Shown in pieces: positions 9,920 to 22,311 of a stretch of DNA of 64,000 bases. The stretch is from positions 2,592,001 to 2,656,000 of the forward strand of contig OY970355.1 in NCBI GenBank assembly GCA_963718525.1, given 5' to 3'. A program made the translations under genes and the position numbers. The DNA is from Candidatus Dormiibacterota bacterium (lineage in GTDB: Bacteria; Chloroflexota; Dormibacteria; Aeolococcales; Aeolococcaceae). The notes below the pieces were generated by a model, which was not told the DNA's origin, did not search any database, and saw only the letters and a program-made list of their open reading frames with translations. Numbering within the stretch: the stretch's first letter is position 1; each line of letters starts with the position of its first letter.

Positions 9920-11355
9920 ATTTCAGAGCTTGCACCCCTCCACTTAACCTTCCGGCACCGGGCAGGCGTCAGCCCCTATACGTCAGCTTACGCTTTAGCA
10001 GAGACCTGTGTTTTTAGTAAACAGTCGGATGGGCCTTTTCTCTGCGGCCCTCGTCAGCTCACCGAGTAAATCGGATCACCGCCAAGGGCTCCCCTTCTCC
10101 CGAAGTTACGGGGACATTTTGCCGAGTTCCTTAGCCACGTTTCCCTCGATCGCCTTGGAATCCTCTTCCCACCTACCTGTGTCGGTCTGCGGTACGGGCG
10201 CCGTGGTTCTCGCTAGAGGCTTTTCTTGGAGGCATGGAACCGGCCCCATCGACACGAAGTGTCTTGGGATCCTTCTCGGAGTTAATGTCAAGCGGATTTG
10301 CCTACTTGACCTCCTACAAGGCTCCGTCGGGGACAACCGTCGCCCCGTCAGGCCTATCCTTCCCCGTTCCCCCATTGCTGATAACGAACCAGCGGCGGTG
10401 TTGGAATGTTGACCAACTGTCCATCGCCTACGCCTTTCGGCCTCGGCTTAGGTCCCGACTGACCCTGGGTCGATTAACGTAGCCCAGGAAACCTTAGGTT
10501 TACGGCGAACACGTTTCTCACGCGTTTCTCGCTACTTGTGCCGGCATTCTCACTTCTGTCCGCTCCACCCGTCCTTACGGTCAGGCTTCGCAGCAAACAG
10601 AACGCTCCTCTACCACGACCTTCCTGTGAAGGAAGGCCATCCACGGCTTCGGTTGCAAGCTTGAGCCCCGATCATTGTCGGCGCCACGACATTCGACCAG
10701 TGAGCTGTTACGCACTCTTTAAATGGTGGCTGCCTCTAAGCCCACATCCTGGTTGTCTGGACACCGTGACATCCTTTTCCACTTAGCTTGCGATTTGGGA
10801 CCTTAGCCGGTGGTCTGGGCTGTTTCCCTTTCGACGATGAAGCTTAGCCCCCACCGTCTCACTGCCGCCGGAAAGTTTGTTGCCATTCGGAGTTTGGTTG
10901 GGTTTGGTAACGAGGTGATCGCCCCTAGCCCATTCAGTGCTCTACCGGCCACAAACCCATCGACGACGCTGCACCTAAATGCATTTCGAGGAGAACCAGC
11001 TATATCCGAGTTCGATTGGCATTTCACCGCTATCCACAGTTCATCCGCCGCATTTTCAACTGGGGTCGGTTCGGGCTTCCACGCGGTCTTACCCGCGCTT
11101 CACCCTGACCATGGATAGGTCACTCGGTTTCGGGTCTACTCCATGCGACTACCACCACCATTACAGTGGTCACGCCCTATTCAAACTCGCTTTCGCTACG
11201 GCTCCGGGTGTCAACCCCTTAACCTCGCCACATGGAAGTAACTCGCCGGCTCATTCTACAAAAGGCACGCAATCAGGCATTCCCACTAGGGGCATAGCCC
11301 TCTCACGGCTTGTAAGCACACGGTTTCAGGTACTTTTAACTCCCCGTCTGGGGTG

Positions 11356-11401
<46 letters not shown>

Positions 11402-12134
11402 AGTATTCAGGCTTGGACGATGGTCCGCCCAGATTCCCACAGAATTCCACGTGTTCCGTGGTACTTGGGAGCTCTCAAAGGAGGTCGTGTGCCTTTCGCG
11501 TACGGGGCTGTCACCCTCTGCGGCCGGCTTTTCCAATGCCGTTCGGCTAGACAACGACTTTGTAACTCCTTGTCCCCTCGGCAGAAGGAACGCTGAGGTC
11601 CCGCGACCCCGAGACGGAAACGCCTGCCGGCTATCACGCCGTCTCGGTTTAGCCTCACCCCTTTTCGCTCGCCACTACTCAGGGGATGACATCTTTTCCT
11701 GCGGATACTTAGATGTTTCAGTTCTCCGCGTGCCCTCTACCCGGTCTATATATTCAACCGGGAGTACCTGGACATTCCTCCAGGTGGGTTGCCCCATTCG
11801 GAAATCCCCGGATCGAGTGCTTGCTAGCAGCTACCCGAGGCTTATCGCAACAACGCTACGTCCTTCATCGGCTCTTGGTGCCAAGGCATCCACCGTGTGC
11901 CCTTGGTAGCTTGACCTTTCCTATCGTCACTGTTCAATGACTGCAGGAGGCCTGGTGACGACGCTGCGTCACCACGACACGTGTTTCGCCTGGCTTGTTG
12001 TTTGTTATTGAGGATTCTCACTTGAACGCTGGACGACGGAAACCGTCCAGTGTTCTCGCAGACTCGCTATTCTCGTGTCAACGTGCAAACGACCGACCTT
12101 GAGGCCGGCTGTCGAGCGGAGGGGTCGTTGCCCG

Positions 12135-12207
12135 TGGAGATGGCCGGGCTCGAACCGGCGACCCCCTGCTTGCAAAGCAGGTGCTCTTCCAGCTGAGCTA
12201 CATCCCC
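12135..12207 (-). tRNA. tRNA-Ala(TGC)
   Basis: Cloverleaf GGGGATGTAGCTCAG...TTGCA...GTTCGAG; CCA not encoded. Confidence 0.96.
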
Positions 12208-12222
12208 GGACGGATACGAGCG

Positions 12223-12296
12223 TGGGCCTTTGTGGATTCGAACCACAGACCTCACGGTTATCAGCCGTGCGCTCTCACCAACTGAGCTAAAGGCCC
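12223..12296 (-). tRNA. tRNA-Ile(GAT)
   Basis: Cloverleaf GGGCCTTTAGCTCAG...CTGATAA...GTTCGAAT; CCA not encoded. Confidence 0.96.
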
Positions 12297-12608
12297 GTGT
12301 GGGCCCGGCGCAGCCGGTCCCCTTGACCGCTGAAGCGTGGAGCGACATCCGCGAGGCGACGTGGTTGCCTCGGGCGCCTGGAGCACCGCGCTCCTGACGC
12401 GCATTTATTTCTGCAGATTCCCACTGCCTGCTGGCCGGCCTCCCCGCCACGCTTGCGCGTGGTGGATCGCGCCACATTACATCCCGGTATTCTTCGCGAT
12501 TGCTCGCTACTCTTCGCGGTTCTTCATGACGCGTTGCTGCACGGCTTGAGTTGACTGGTCCGTGCCGTGATGCGCATTGCTGCGCGTACGCACTCGGGCC
12601 ACTCCCTA

Positions 12609-14118
<1,510 letters not shown>

Positions 14119-14321
14119 TACGTCTGTGTCCCGGATAACCCGGGTCGTAGACATGCTTTGACGAGGCCTACGCCGGTCCGTGCGCTATCGCACGAGACCC
14201 AAGGCCGTCGCGGAAAGTCGTCTCCACTCTTCAAGTGTCAAGGTTCATGGCGCGCCAAGTCCAACATGGAATCCCTGGCAACGCGGCCGTCGGGAGCAAC
14301 CCCCGTACGGGCAACCCGCAG

Positions 14322-14350
14322 AGTTTACCGATCTCGAGGGCTCAGGTCAA
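14322..14350 (-). promoter_or_regulatory. rrn promoter
   Basis: TTGACC-17nt-TAAACT, about 200 nt upstream of 16S. Confidence 0.7.
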
Positions 14351-14405
14351 GTCGAGCCGAGCCGCGGTAGTGCCTCAGCTTGAATCCGCCCGCCAGGCGG
14401 GTCAG

Positions 14406-14633
14406 TCAATCGGGAGGTCGAGGCGCCTCACGGCGGGCTCTTAAAGCCATGGGAACCGCAAAAAGAATTGCCAGCAGTGTCCAGAAGATCACAAGGGACC
14501 CCACCGCCAGGAAGACATCGCGAACGGCGGACCAGGGATCAGATGGCACAAACCCGAGAAGCAAGAGCACCACGCCGGCCGCGAGCATCCACCATCGGCG
14601 CTTGATTACCCAGGGCACGCCCGATTCTCGCAT
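14406..14633 (-). CDS. Small two-TM hypothetical protein
   Basis: Two hydrophobic helices; start uncertain. Confidence 0.45.
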   Translation of the reverse strand: MRESGVPWVIKRRWWMLAAGVVLLLLGFVPSDPWSAVRDVFLAVGSLVIFWTLLAILFAVPMALRARREAPRPPD

Positions 14634-15054
14634 GGATCGGGCGGCTACTTGGTGCGGCCCAACATGAGCCCGCTCCCCGATCCACCGATCCCGGCAGCGG
14701 CTGCGGGTGAGCTCACCGCTAGTTTCGAAAGAAGTCTCCAGGGCGGGCGGCTCTTGGCTCCTCACGCGCATCCGAGGGGAACTGAGCCTCATACCCGTGG
14801 CTTGAGCGGACCGCATCCGGAACAGCCCCGGCCGCAAGACCGCCCAGTGACCACCCCGGCCGGCTCGCACGCTCATCGTGGACAGAGAAGAACGGTTTCG
14901 ACCCCGCCAGCCGATCCAGCCACGTCGCGGCTTCAGTTTTCATGACCTTGCTCTACAAACGTATACGCCCTGCCCTCGGCATACGCAAGCGCCACCTCAA
15001 CGCGTGCTTGCGGACAGACGGGAGGCTCCCCGGCGTGGGACTGTCACCTGCACT

Positions 15055-15240
15055 GTGCTCGTGTGTCCCAATTGCGGTGCCGATCGCTTGATCCCGATGA
15101 CCTTTCCGCTATACCAGCGCGAGGCGGGATCGAAGGTGCAGCTCCGGCGACCGTTGGCCAAGTGCTCGGACTGCGGTCAGCGGATCTTCGCAAAGGTCAT
15201 CACCCGCCGGCGCATCCGCAAATCCGCCCGCCCGACCTGA
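15055..15240 (+). CDS. Small zinc-ribbon protein
   Basis: CPNC...CSDC with a basic tail; GTG start estimated. Confidence 0.5.
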   Translation: MLVCPNCGADRLIPMTFPLYQREAGSKVQLRRPLAKCSDCGQRIFAKVITRRRIRKSARPT

Positions 15241-15249
15241 GCCGCTGCC

Positions 15250-15849
15250 TCAAAGAGCGCGGCGTCCCGCGAAGGCGCGGGCCATGGTCAGCTCATCCGC
15301 GTATTCGAGATCGGATCCCGCAGGCAGCCCATGCGCCGGCCGAGACACGGTGACACCGAGCGTCGCGAGCCGCTCGGCGACGTAATACGCGGTGGCCTCG
15401 CCCTCGACGTCGGGATCGGTGGCGATCACCACCTCGCGAATCTCGCCCTCGGCGACGCGGGCTTCCAGCTCGCGAATCCGGAGCTCGTCGGGCCCGACCC
15501 CGTCCATCGGCGACAGCGCGCCGCCGAGGACGTGATAGAGCCCGTGAAACTCGCCGCTGCGCTCGACAGCGAGCACATCGAGGGCCTCCTCAACAACACA
15601 TAACAACGATCCATCGCGCTTCGCATCGGTGCAAATGGCGCAGAGCGGGCCGTCGGCGATGAAGAAGCACCGCGAACACGGGCGGACGCGGGTGTGCAGG
15701 TCGGTGAGCGCGCCTGCCAGCCGCTGCGACATGTCCGCCGACGCCCTGAGGCAGTAGAAGGTCAGCCGCTGGGCGGTTTTCGGGCCGATACCGGGAAGCC
15801 GTCCGAACTCGGCGGCGAGCCGCTCCACAGCCTCAGGAACGAGTGGCAC
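15250..15849 (-). CDS. recR: Recombination mediator RecR
   Basis: LPGIGPKTAQRL, Zn finger and Toprim motifs. Confidence 0.97.
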   Translation of the reverse strand: MPLVPEAVERLAAEFGRLPGIGPKTAQRLTFYCLRASADMSQRLAGALTDLHTRVRPCSRCFFIADGPLCAICTDAKRDGSLLCVVEEALDVLAVERSGEFHGLYHVLGGALSPMDGVGPDELRIRELEARVAEGEIREVVIATDPDVEGEATAYYVAERLATLGVTVSRPAHGLPAGSDLEYADELTMARAFAGRRAL

Positions 15850-15882
15850 GTCCCTCCTCCGTCATGCCGCGCCAGGTCCTGG

Positions 15883-16194
15883 TCAGAGGAGGCCGGGAGG
15901 GAGACCCAACCCCGCGGTCAACTGCGACATGTTCGCGGCCGCGGCCTCGCGTGACTTGTCGAGCGCGTCGTTGATTGCGGCGAGGATCAGATCGGCAAGC
16001 AGCTCGGCACCCTCTTCGAGCGCCTCGGGCTCGATCGCGACCGACAGCACCTTCTGGTGCCCGTCGGCGGTGATCGACACGACACCGCCGCCGGCGGTAC
16101 CGGTGACGGTCACGTCGTTGAGCTCCTCCTGCATCTTGGCCATACGGGCCTGGACCTGCTGGAGCTGCTTCATCATCTGCTGCTGGTTCTTCAT
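15883..16194 (-). CDS. ybaB: Nucleoid-associated protein YbaB/EbfC
   Basis: GTAGGGVV and DLILAAINDA motifs; conserved dnaX-ybaB-recR order. Confidence 0.95.
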   Translation of the reverse strand: MKNQQQMMKQLQQVQARMAKMQEELNDVTVTGTAGGGVVSITADGHQKVLSVAIEPEALEEGAELLADLILAAINDALDKSREAAAANMSQLTAGLGLPPGLL

Positions 16195-16215
16195 CTCGGA
16201 CCTCGTTGGGGCAGT

Positions 16216-17958
16216 CTACGCACCGTTGACCGATCGCGGCGTCCCGAGCCTCGTATCGTCGTGGAGGCGCGTCGCCGTGATCCGGCTGCCGGCAAAGGTA
16301 TCGAGCACTGCCTGGGTGATGTCACTGACCGCGCCGGACGCACCGCGCGGCCGCTCGTCGCCGGTGAACTCGGTCAGCACCTCGATCGGCCGGCCGGCGA
16401 TCGAGGACAGCGCATCGGCGATCACCCGGCGCTTGTCGGCATCGCTGATCTGCTCGTGGTGGAAGCGGCCGTTGGTCCCGATGGTCACGCGGGTCGCGTC
16501 TGCGGCGACAGGCTTGCAGTCCCGGAGCACCCCGGCGAGCCCCTTGTTGGCGCGCGCCACGGCCTCGATGGCAACCGGCCATTCCGCGAGCCAGCCGTCG
16601 ACGGTGGTGAGGTCGCGGCGCCCGATCGCCTCGACAACATCCTCCGGTCCGACGGAGCTGGGGATGACGGTCGGCGTCCCGTCGGGCATCGCCTCCGGCG
16701 TGACTTCGGCGGCGGCATGAGGACGGTCCGATGCCGCTGCCGTCCGGGGTGGAGGTTGCTCCGTGACACCTTGTGGCGGCGGCGTCCCCCCGGCAGGAGG
16801 TACGGCCGCGGTCGCACCGCGCTCGAGGGCCGCGACGCGCAGCGCCAGGGCTGTGATCCCCGCATCCTCGCCGTCGGCAGCCGGCGGGCGCAGTGCGCGA
16901 AGCAGGCACACCTCGACGAGCAGCCGGGCGTCGACCGACTGGCGCAGATTCATCTCGGCCTCGGCGACGAGTTCGAGGAGACGCAGCCAGAGTCCCGCGG
17001 GCGCGATTGCCGCGAGATCGGCGACCAACGAAACTTCGTCAGGACCGACTGGCGCGCCCTCAGGGTAGCCGAGAGCGACCAGCTCTGCGGCACGCGCGAG
17101 GCGCGCCACGTCGCGAAAGAGCTGACGGGGATCGGCACCGGCGTCGAATGCGGCCGCCGCCGCGCGCAGGGTGCCCGCCGGGTCCGCGCCCGCGAGCGAC
17201 GTGACCAGCGCATGGAGGGTCGACGGGTCGGTGAGGCCGAGTGAGCGCCGCGCCACCGTGACGGTGACCGGCCGTTCGCCGGCGCCGAGCGCCTGCTCGA
17301 GGAGCACCAGGGCGTCTCTCAGGCTGCCCTGCGCGGCGGTCGCCAGCAGCGCCAGGGCATCAGCATCGACACTCTCACCCTCTTTTCCCGCAACGTCGGC
17401 AAGCAGCTGCTCGATGGCCGGCACTGGGACCCGCCGGAAGTCGAAGCGCTGCACTCGCGACCGGATCGTCTCCGGCACCTTGTGCGGCTCCGTGGTCGCC
17501 AGCACGAAGAGGACGTGCGGGGGTGGCTCTTCCAGCGTCTTGAGGAAGGCGTTCCACGCGTCGGTGGTGAGCATGTGCGCCTCGTCGATGATGTAGACCT
17601 TGCGACGCAGCACAGCCGGCAGATAGCCCACGCGCTCACGAAGCTCGCGCATATCGTCGATGCTCCGGTTGCTCGCTGCGTCGATCTCGAGCACGTCCAC
17701 CGCGGCGCCGCTGAGGATCTCGACGCAGGGTGGGCACACGTTGTCGGGCTCGCCATCGACGGGGGCATCGCAGTTGACGGCGCGGGCAAGGATGCGCGCG
17801 GTGGACGTCTTGCCGGTACCACGGACCCCCGTGAACAGGTAACCGTGGGCGAGCTCGCCGGATCGCACCTCGTTGAGGAGGGTCCGCGCGACGACCTCCT
17901 GCCCCACGAGGTCGGCGAAGCGTTGCGGGCGATAGCGGCGATAGAGGGCGAGGCTCAC
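16216..17958 (-). CDS. dnaX: DNA polymerase III subunit gamma/tau
   Basis: ALYRRYRP, GVRGTGKT, IIDEAHML and LKTLEEPP motifs; start reset to GTG 17958. Confidence 0.96.
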   Translation of the reverse strand: MSLALYRRYRPQRFADLVGQEVVARTLLNEVRSGELAHGYLFTGVRGTGKTSTARILARAVNCDAPVDGEPDNVCPPCVEILSGAAVDVLEIDAASNRSIDDMRELRERVGYLPAVLRRKVYIIDEAHMLTTDAWNAFLKTLEEPPPHVLFVLATTEPHKVPETIRSRVQRFDFRRVPVPAIEQLLADVAGKEGESVDADALALLATAAQGSLRDALVLLEQALGAGERPVTVTVARRSLGLTDPSTLHALVTSLAGADPAGTLRAAAAAFDAGADPRQLFRDVARLARAAELVALGYPEGAPVGPDEVSLVADLAAIAPAGLWLRLLELVAEAEMNLRQSVDARLLVEVCLLRALRPPAADGEDAGITALALRVAALERGATAAVPPAGGTPPPQGVTEQPPPRTAAASDRPHAAAEVTPEAMPDGTPTVIPSSVGPEDVVEAIGRRDLTTVDGWLAEWPVAIEAVARANKGLAGVLRDCKPVAADATRVTIGTNGRFHHEQISDADKRRVIADALSSIAGRPIEVLTEFTGDERPRGASGAVSDITQAVLDTFAGSRITATRLHDDTRLGTPRSVNGA

Positions 17959-18092
17959 GGCGAGGCACCCGACCGAACGGCGATCCGGCGGCGGTTCAAG
18001 ACGCGCGACTCCTTCACGATGGTCACCCGAAGCGGGCGGCATTGTCGCAATGACGGCGGCGCCCGTGACGGCGGGCCGCTGGAATGTCGGGC

Positions 18093-18362
18093 AGTCGCGC
18101 ACCCCATGTCGTTGGCACGCCACCAGCGCTCACCCGTACGACCGGCTCAGACCAGGTGTCCCCACGGCACCCCCGGGGAACCGCTTACCGCTGCTTCCTT
18201 CCGGACCTGACGGGGTTCACGGGCCCGAGCTGCGCGGGACCCAGTCGTCAACGCCGGCGCGTCCGGAGCAGACCCAATGACGCGCCCCCTCGATGGGGAA
18301 TTCAGCCCCGCTATAGCGGATTGCGGGTACAGGGCACCGCTAACGCCCCGCCTAGCGCGACC
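18093..18362 (-). ncRNA. ffs: Large bacterial SRP RNA (Alu + S domains)
   Basis: TCAGGTCCGGAAGGAAGCAGC helix 8; Alu-like GCGGTGCCCTGTACCCGCAATCCGC; terminal stem; TACAAT 6 nt upstream. Confidence 0.92.
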
Positions 18363-18366
18363 ACGG

Positions 18367-19623
18367 TCATTGTACCGGCACCGGGGAGGCTGCCGGGTCG
18401 GCTGCAGACACCTCGGCGGACGCTGGACCGCGCTTCGGCCAGCGCAGCGAGATGCGCGTTCCTGCGTCCACCCCGGTTTCGACGTGGACGGTGGCGCCGT
18501 GCGCCTGGACCACTCGCTTGACCAGCGCGAGACCCATGCCGGTGCCCCCGAAGCGGCGGGTGGCGGTGTTGTCGACCTGGTAGAAGCGCTCGAAGATGCG
18601 GGAGACATCGGCGGCGGGGATACCGATGCCCTTGTCGACGACCTCGATCAGCACGGTGTCCGAATCCGCGAGCGCACCGCGCACCGCGACCTGCCCTCGT
18701 CCATCGCTGAACTTCACGGCGTTGTCGATGAGCGCGCGCAGCACCTGGCCGAGGCGATCGGGGTCGGCATACAGCGTCAACCCGGGATCAACCTCGATGC
18801 CGGCCGGCACCGGCAGCCCGCCCTTGTGACGTTCGCCAACGACGCCGATCGCGGCGCGGACCGCGTCCTCCAGGGGCACATCCGCCAGTGCAAGCACCAG
18901 CGCCTCGCCGTCACCGACAGAGAAATCGATGATGGTCTCGACGATGCCGTCGAGGTTCTTGGCGGCGACCTGGATATCACGCAGCGCGTCGAGCTTCGGT
19001 GCGTCCTCCCAGGTTGCCCAGCACATCTCCATCAGGTCGCTGAGCCCGAGAATCGCGGTCAGCGGCGTGCGCAGCTCGTGCTGCACGGTCGAGAGGAAAT
19101 CGGTCTTCATGGTGTCGAGGTCGCGCAGGCGGCGCACCGATTCCTTCTCCAGGTCGTAGAGCCGCGCGTTCTCCATGGCGACCACCGCGTTGTTGGCAAG
19201 AATGGCTAGAACGCCTTCGACGCCGGTATCCGCGTCCGACGCGCCAGCCGGCGACATCACCGCCAGCGCACCGACCACCTCGTGCTCGTAGGACATCGGC
19301 AGCACCAGGAGCGTCCCCTGGCCCTCGATCACCCGCCTGACGCGCTGGCCGGCGATCACCTCGGGAAGTGTCTCCCACCCAGCGAACGCGTCGGGTACCT
19401 GAAGATGAGGGTCGACGACGGTCACGTCGAGGTGATCGCCGGCGCGCAACGCCATCGCCGCTGTGGCGCCCTCTCCGGCGATCGATGCCGCCGTGCAGAC
19501 GACCTCGCGCCGCAGTTCCGGCACGCCGCCGGTGGTGCTGGTCAGGGCGCGGGCAACTGCGCCCACCCGATCCACGGCCCCGTCAACCGGAATGTGCGCG
19601 TCTGGACCAGCGGCGTCCTTCAC
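18367..19623 (-). CDS. GAF sensor histidine kinase
   Basis: HELRTPL, DNAVKF, DKGIGI and GTGMGL motifs. Confidence 0.92.
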   Translation of the reverse strand: MKDAAGPDAHIPVDGAVDRVGAVARALTSTTGGVPELRREVVCTAASIAGEGATAAMALRAGDHLDVTVVDPHLQVPDAFAGWETLPEVIAGQRVRRVIEGQGTLLVLPMSYEHEVVGALAVMSPAGASDADTGVEGVLAILANNAVVAMENARLYDLEKESVRRLRDLDTMKTDFLSTVQHELRTPLTAILGLSDLMEMCWATWEDAPKLDALRDIQVAAKNLDGIVETIIDFSVGDGEALVLALADVPLEDAVRAAIGVVGERHKGGLPVPAGIEVDPGLTLYADPDRLGQVLRALIDNAVKFSDGRGQVAVRGALADSDTVLIEVVDKGIGIPAADVSRIFERFYQVDNTATRRFGGTGMGLALVKRVVQAHGATVHVETGVDAGTRISLRWPKRGPASAEVSAADPAASPVPVQ

Positions 19624-19666
19624 CCCTCGATCATACGGATGGCGTCCTCGGTCTCCCGACGACGGT

Positions 19667-20293
19667 TCAGTGACGACCACCCCACAGACGGGCCGACAGC
19701 TTGGGCTCCTCGCCCCGAGCGATACGGCGGATGTTCGGAGCGTGACGCACGATCACGAGCGCGGATGCAAGTGCCGTGAACACGAACGGCACGGCGTCGC
19801 GGCGGCGGCTGCTCTCGAGACCTGCCCCAAGCGTGGCAGTTCCGGCTGCCGTGAGTGAACCGACAGACATGGTTCGGCTCACGGTGAGCGCGCCGATACC
19901 GCCAACCGTCGCCCAGGCAGCGGCCTCACGCGACACCATCAGCAGGCCACCGAAGGCAGTTGCGACTGCCTTGCCGCCGCGGAAGCGGGCGAAGATCGGC
20001 CACGAATGTCCGACGCACGCGGCGAGCCCGGCCGCGGCCTGCGCCTCCGGGTCGGCGCCGAGACCGCGCGCAAGGCCGACGGCCGCTGCGCCTTTGGCCA
20101 CATCCAGGGCGAACGTGATCGCGCCCGCCCTGGCGCCGAGCGTCCGGAGCACGTTGGCAGTGCCCATGTTGCCGCTGCCGAAGTCGCGAACGTCCAGTCC
20201 GCCGACGGCTCTGCCGACGATCAGTCCAAACGGCACCGATCCGATCAGGTACCCGGCGGCGCAGCTCGCCGTGGCAGCCGCTTTGCCAGCCAT
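19667..20293 (-). CDS. plsY: Glycerol-3-phosphate acyltransferase PlsY
   Basis: GSGNMGTANV, GHSWP, GGKAVAT and RHAPNI motifs. Confidence 0.95.
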   Translation of the reverse strand: MAGKAAATASCAAGYLIGSVPFGLIVGRAVGGLDVRDFGSGNMGTANVLRTLGARAGAITFALDVAKGAAAVGLARGLGADPEAQAAAGLAACVGHSWPIFARFRGGKAVATAFGGLLMVSREAAAWATVGGIGALTVSRTMSVGSLTAAGTATLGAGLESSRRRDAVPFVFTALASALVIVRHAPNIRRIARGEEPKLSARLWGGRH

Positions 20294-20305
20294 TGGGCGT
20301 CGAGT

Positions 20306-21454
20306 TTAACCCCGCACCACGTCAGGGGCCAGCAGCGCGACCCCGGCAGACGGCCGGATCTCGAACGTCTCGCCTCCCCCGCATGCCCCCGCCATCGCCT
20401 GCCGGCAGGCATCGGTGGCGCTCCGGTCGACGAGCGCGACAACGGTCCCGCCGAATCCCGCGCCCACGAGACGGGCTCCGGCACACCCAGGGACAGTCCG
20501 TGCAGCGCCCGCCACCGCGTCCAGGGTGGGAGTGCTCACCTCGTGCAGCTCGCGGAGCGATCGGTGGCTCGCCGACATCAGGCTGCCGAGCGCGCTGAGG
20601 TCCGCCCCTCGCAGCGTTCCAGCCGCCTCAACGGCGCGGACACTCTCTCCCAGCACGTGTCGGAGCCGCCGCGTGACGTTGGGCGGGAGTTCGGCCCCAT
20701 CAATTGCAGCCTCGGTCAGCTCCTGGCACGAGTCGACATGCAGCGCGGCAAGGCCCTGCTCTGTCTCGTCGCGCCGGCGCCGGTATTCGGCGGCACCGAC
20801 GTCGTGGTGGGTCCCCGTGTCGCAGCCCACGATCACGGCGTCCGGCCACGGCCATGGAACCTCGGATTCGGCGCCGGTGCGGCAGTCGAGCAGCAGCGCA
20901 CCCCCATCGGGGGCGTCCACGATTGCTCGCTGATCGAGTGGCCCGCAGGGGATGCCGAGCACATCACGCTCGGCGGAGAGCGCGACAGCGGCAAGCTCGC
21001 GAGGTGTCATCGCGGAACCCGTCAGCCGGAGGATCGCCGTCGTCATCGCCACCATGAGCGCCGCCGACGACGCGAGCCCTGCCCCGGCCGGAAGCGTCGC
21101 CGCGACGCCGACCTCGACTGGAGGTACATCGATCCCGCGAGACCGCAGGGCAACGACCGGGGCGAGCACCCGATCGGCCATATCGCCCAACGGTTCCGCG
21201 CTCGTACGGATCACCACGCTGCCGCGGCTCGCGACCAGGTACCGTGCGGCGTCGCTCCGACGCACAGCGACAGCAATCCCCAGATCCACACCGATGCAGA
21301 GCACGAACCCCCCGGCGTAGTCGACGTGCTCCCCAACCAGCGTGCAACGACCGGGTGCCCAGGCGGTCGCTGCGACCGGCCCGCGGCCGCCGGCCTCATG
21401 CAGTGCCGCGAGCGCCGCTGCCGAAGTCAGCCTGCTCGAGTCACCGATCGTCAT
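20306..21454 (-). CDS. galK: Galactokinase-family GHMP kinase
   Basis: APGRCTLVGEHVDY, GAGLASSAA and GAGFGG motifs. Confidence 0.8.
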   Translation of the reverse strand: MTIGDSSRLTSAAALAALHEAGGRGPVAATAWAPGRCTLVGEHVDYAGGFVLCIGVDLGIAVAVRRSDAARYLVASRGSVVIRTSAEPLGDMADRVLAPVVALRSRGIDVPPVEVGVAATLPAGAGLASSAALMVAMTTAILRLTGSAMTPRELAAVALSAERDVLGIPCGPLDQRAIVDAPDGGALLLDCRTGAESEVPWPWPDAVIVGCDTGTHHDVGAAEYRRRRDETEQGLAALHVDSCQELTEAAIDGAELPPNVTRRLRHVLGESVRAVEAAGTLRGADLSALGSLMSASHRSLRELHEVSTPTLDAVAGAARTVPGCAGARLVGAGFGGTVVALVDRSATDACRQAMAGACGGGETFEIRPSAGVALLAPDVVRG

Positions 21455-22311
21455 ACACGTGATGGAACGGATACCACTGCTCGGGATGAGCACGGATCGC
21501 CGGCTCGACACTGGTGGCGATGCGGGCGATCACCGCAGCATCGTCGCCCGAGGCGTCGACGGGGGGATGGATCTCCAGCACCCATCCCCGCCCGTCTCGC
21601 CGGCACGTCACCGGGAGGATCGGTGCGCCGGTTGACGCCGCCAGGCGCGCGGGAACCGCGCTGCAGCGCACGGGGCCGCCGCAGAACGGCACGACGACGG
21701 TCGGTCCGGCTTCGGGCACGTCGAGCATCAGGGCGACGGTCCTCCCCTTTCGCAGCGCGCGAAATAGCCCTCGCGCGGACTGCCGCACCGTGAAAATCTC
21801 GAGGCCCTTGCGCTGCCGCGAGAGTGCCACCATCTCTGTGATCCCCGGCGACACGACCGGAGCCATCACGGTGCTGAGGTGGAGGCCGAGGCCAAGCGAG
21901 GCGCTCGCGGCCATGTCCCAATTGCCGAAGTGGGGAAGCACCACCATCGAGCCGCGGCCGCCGACGTCCAGGTGCTCTGCGCCATGCACTCGAAACAGCT
22001 CGAGCACCTGCCACGAGTTCGAGCGGGTCGGCCCACACCGAGTCCACGACCATGCGCACGTACTCCTGGTAGGAACGTCGCGCAAGCGCCACAGCCGCGG
22101 CATGGTCGAGGTGAGGCTGCAGGCGGTGATGGTTCGCGGCCGCGCGCACGCGATCCTCACTGCTCAGACGCGCATACCAGGCCGCTCCGACGACGGCGGC
22201 CGCCGGCCCGCGCATCGGCCCGAGCGCGCGGACCGCTCTGGTGAGGGCGCTGAGCGCGACGGCGGGGATGTCCCTGCCGGCTCCTGCCGGTCGTGCTTCC
22301 GGCGCTGTCAG
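21441..22311 (-). pseudogene. Lipid A/PIM-type acyltransferase with a 1-nt frameshift near 22018
   Basis: N-half in one frame (ANHHRL...ARRSYQEY); C-half in another (HFGNWD, PEQW). Confidence 0.75.

Noticed and set aside
17959-18123. N-terminal extension of DnaX
   Set aside because: It overlaps the SRP RNA 3' end; homology starts at SLALYRRYRP.
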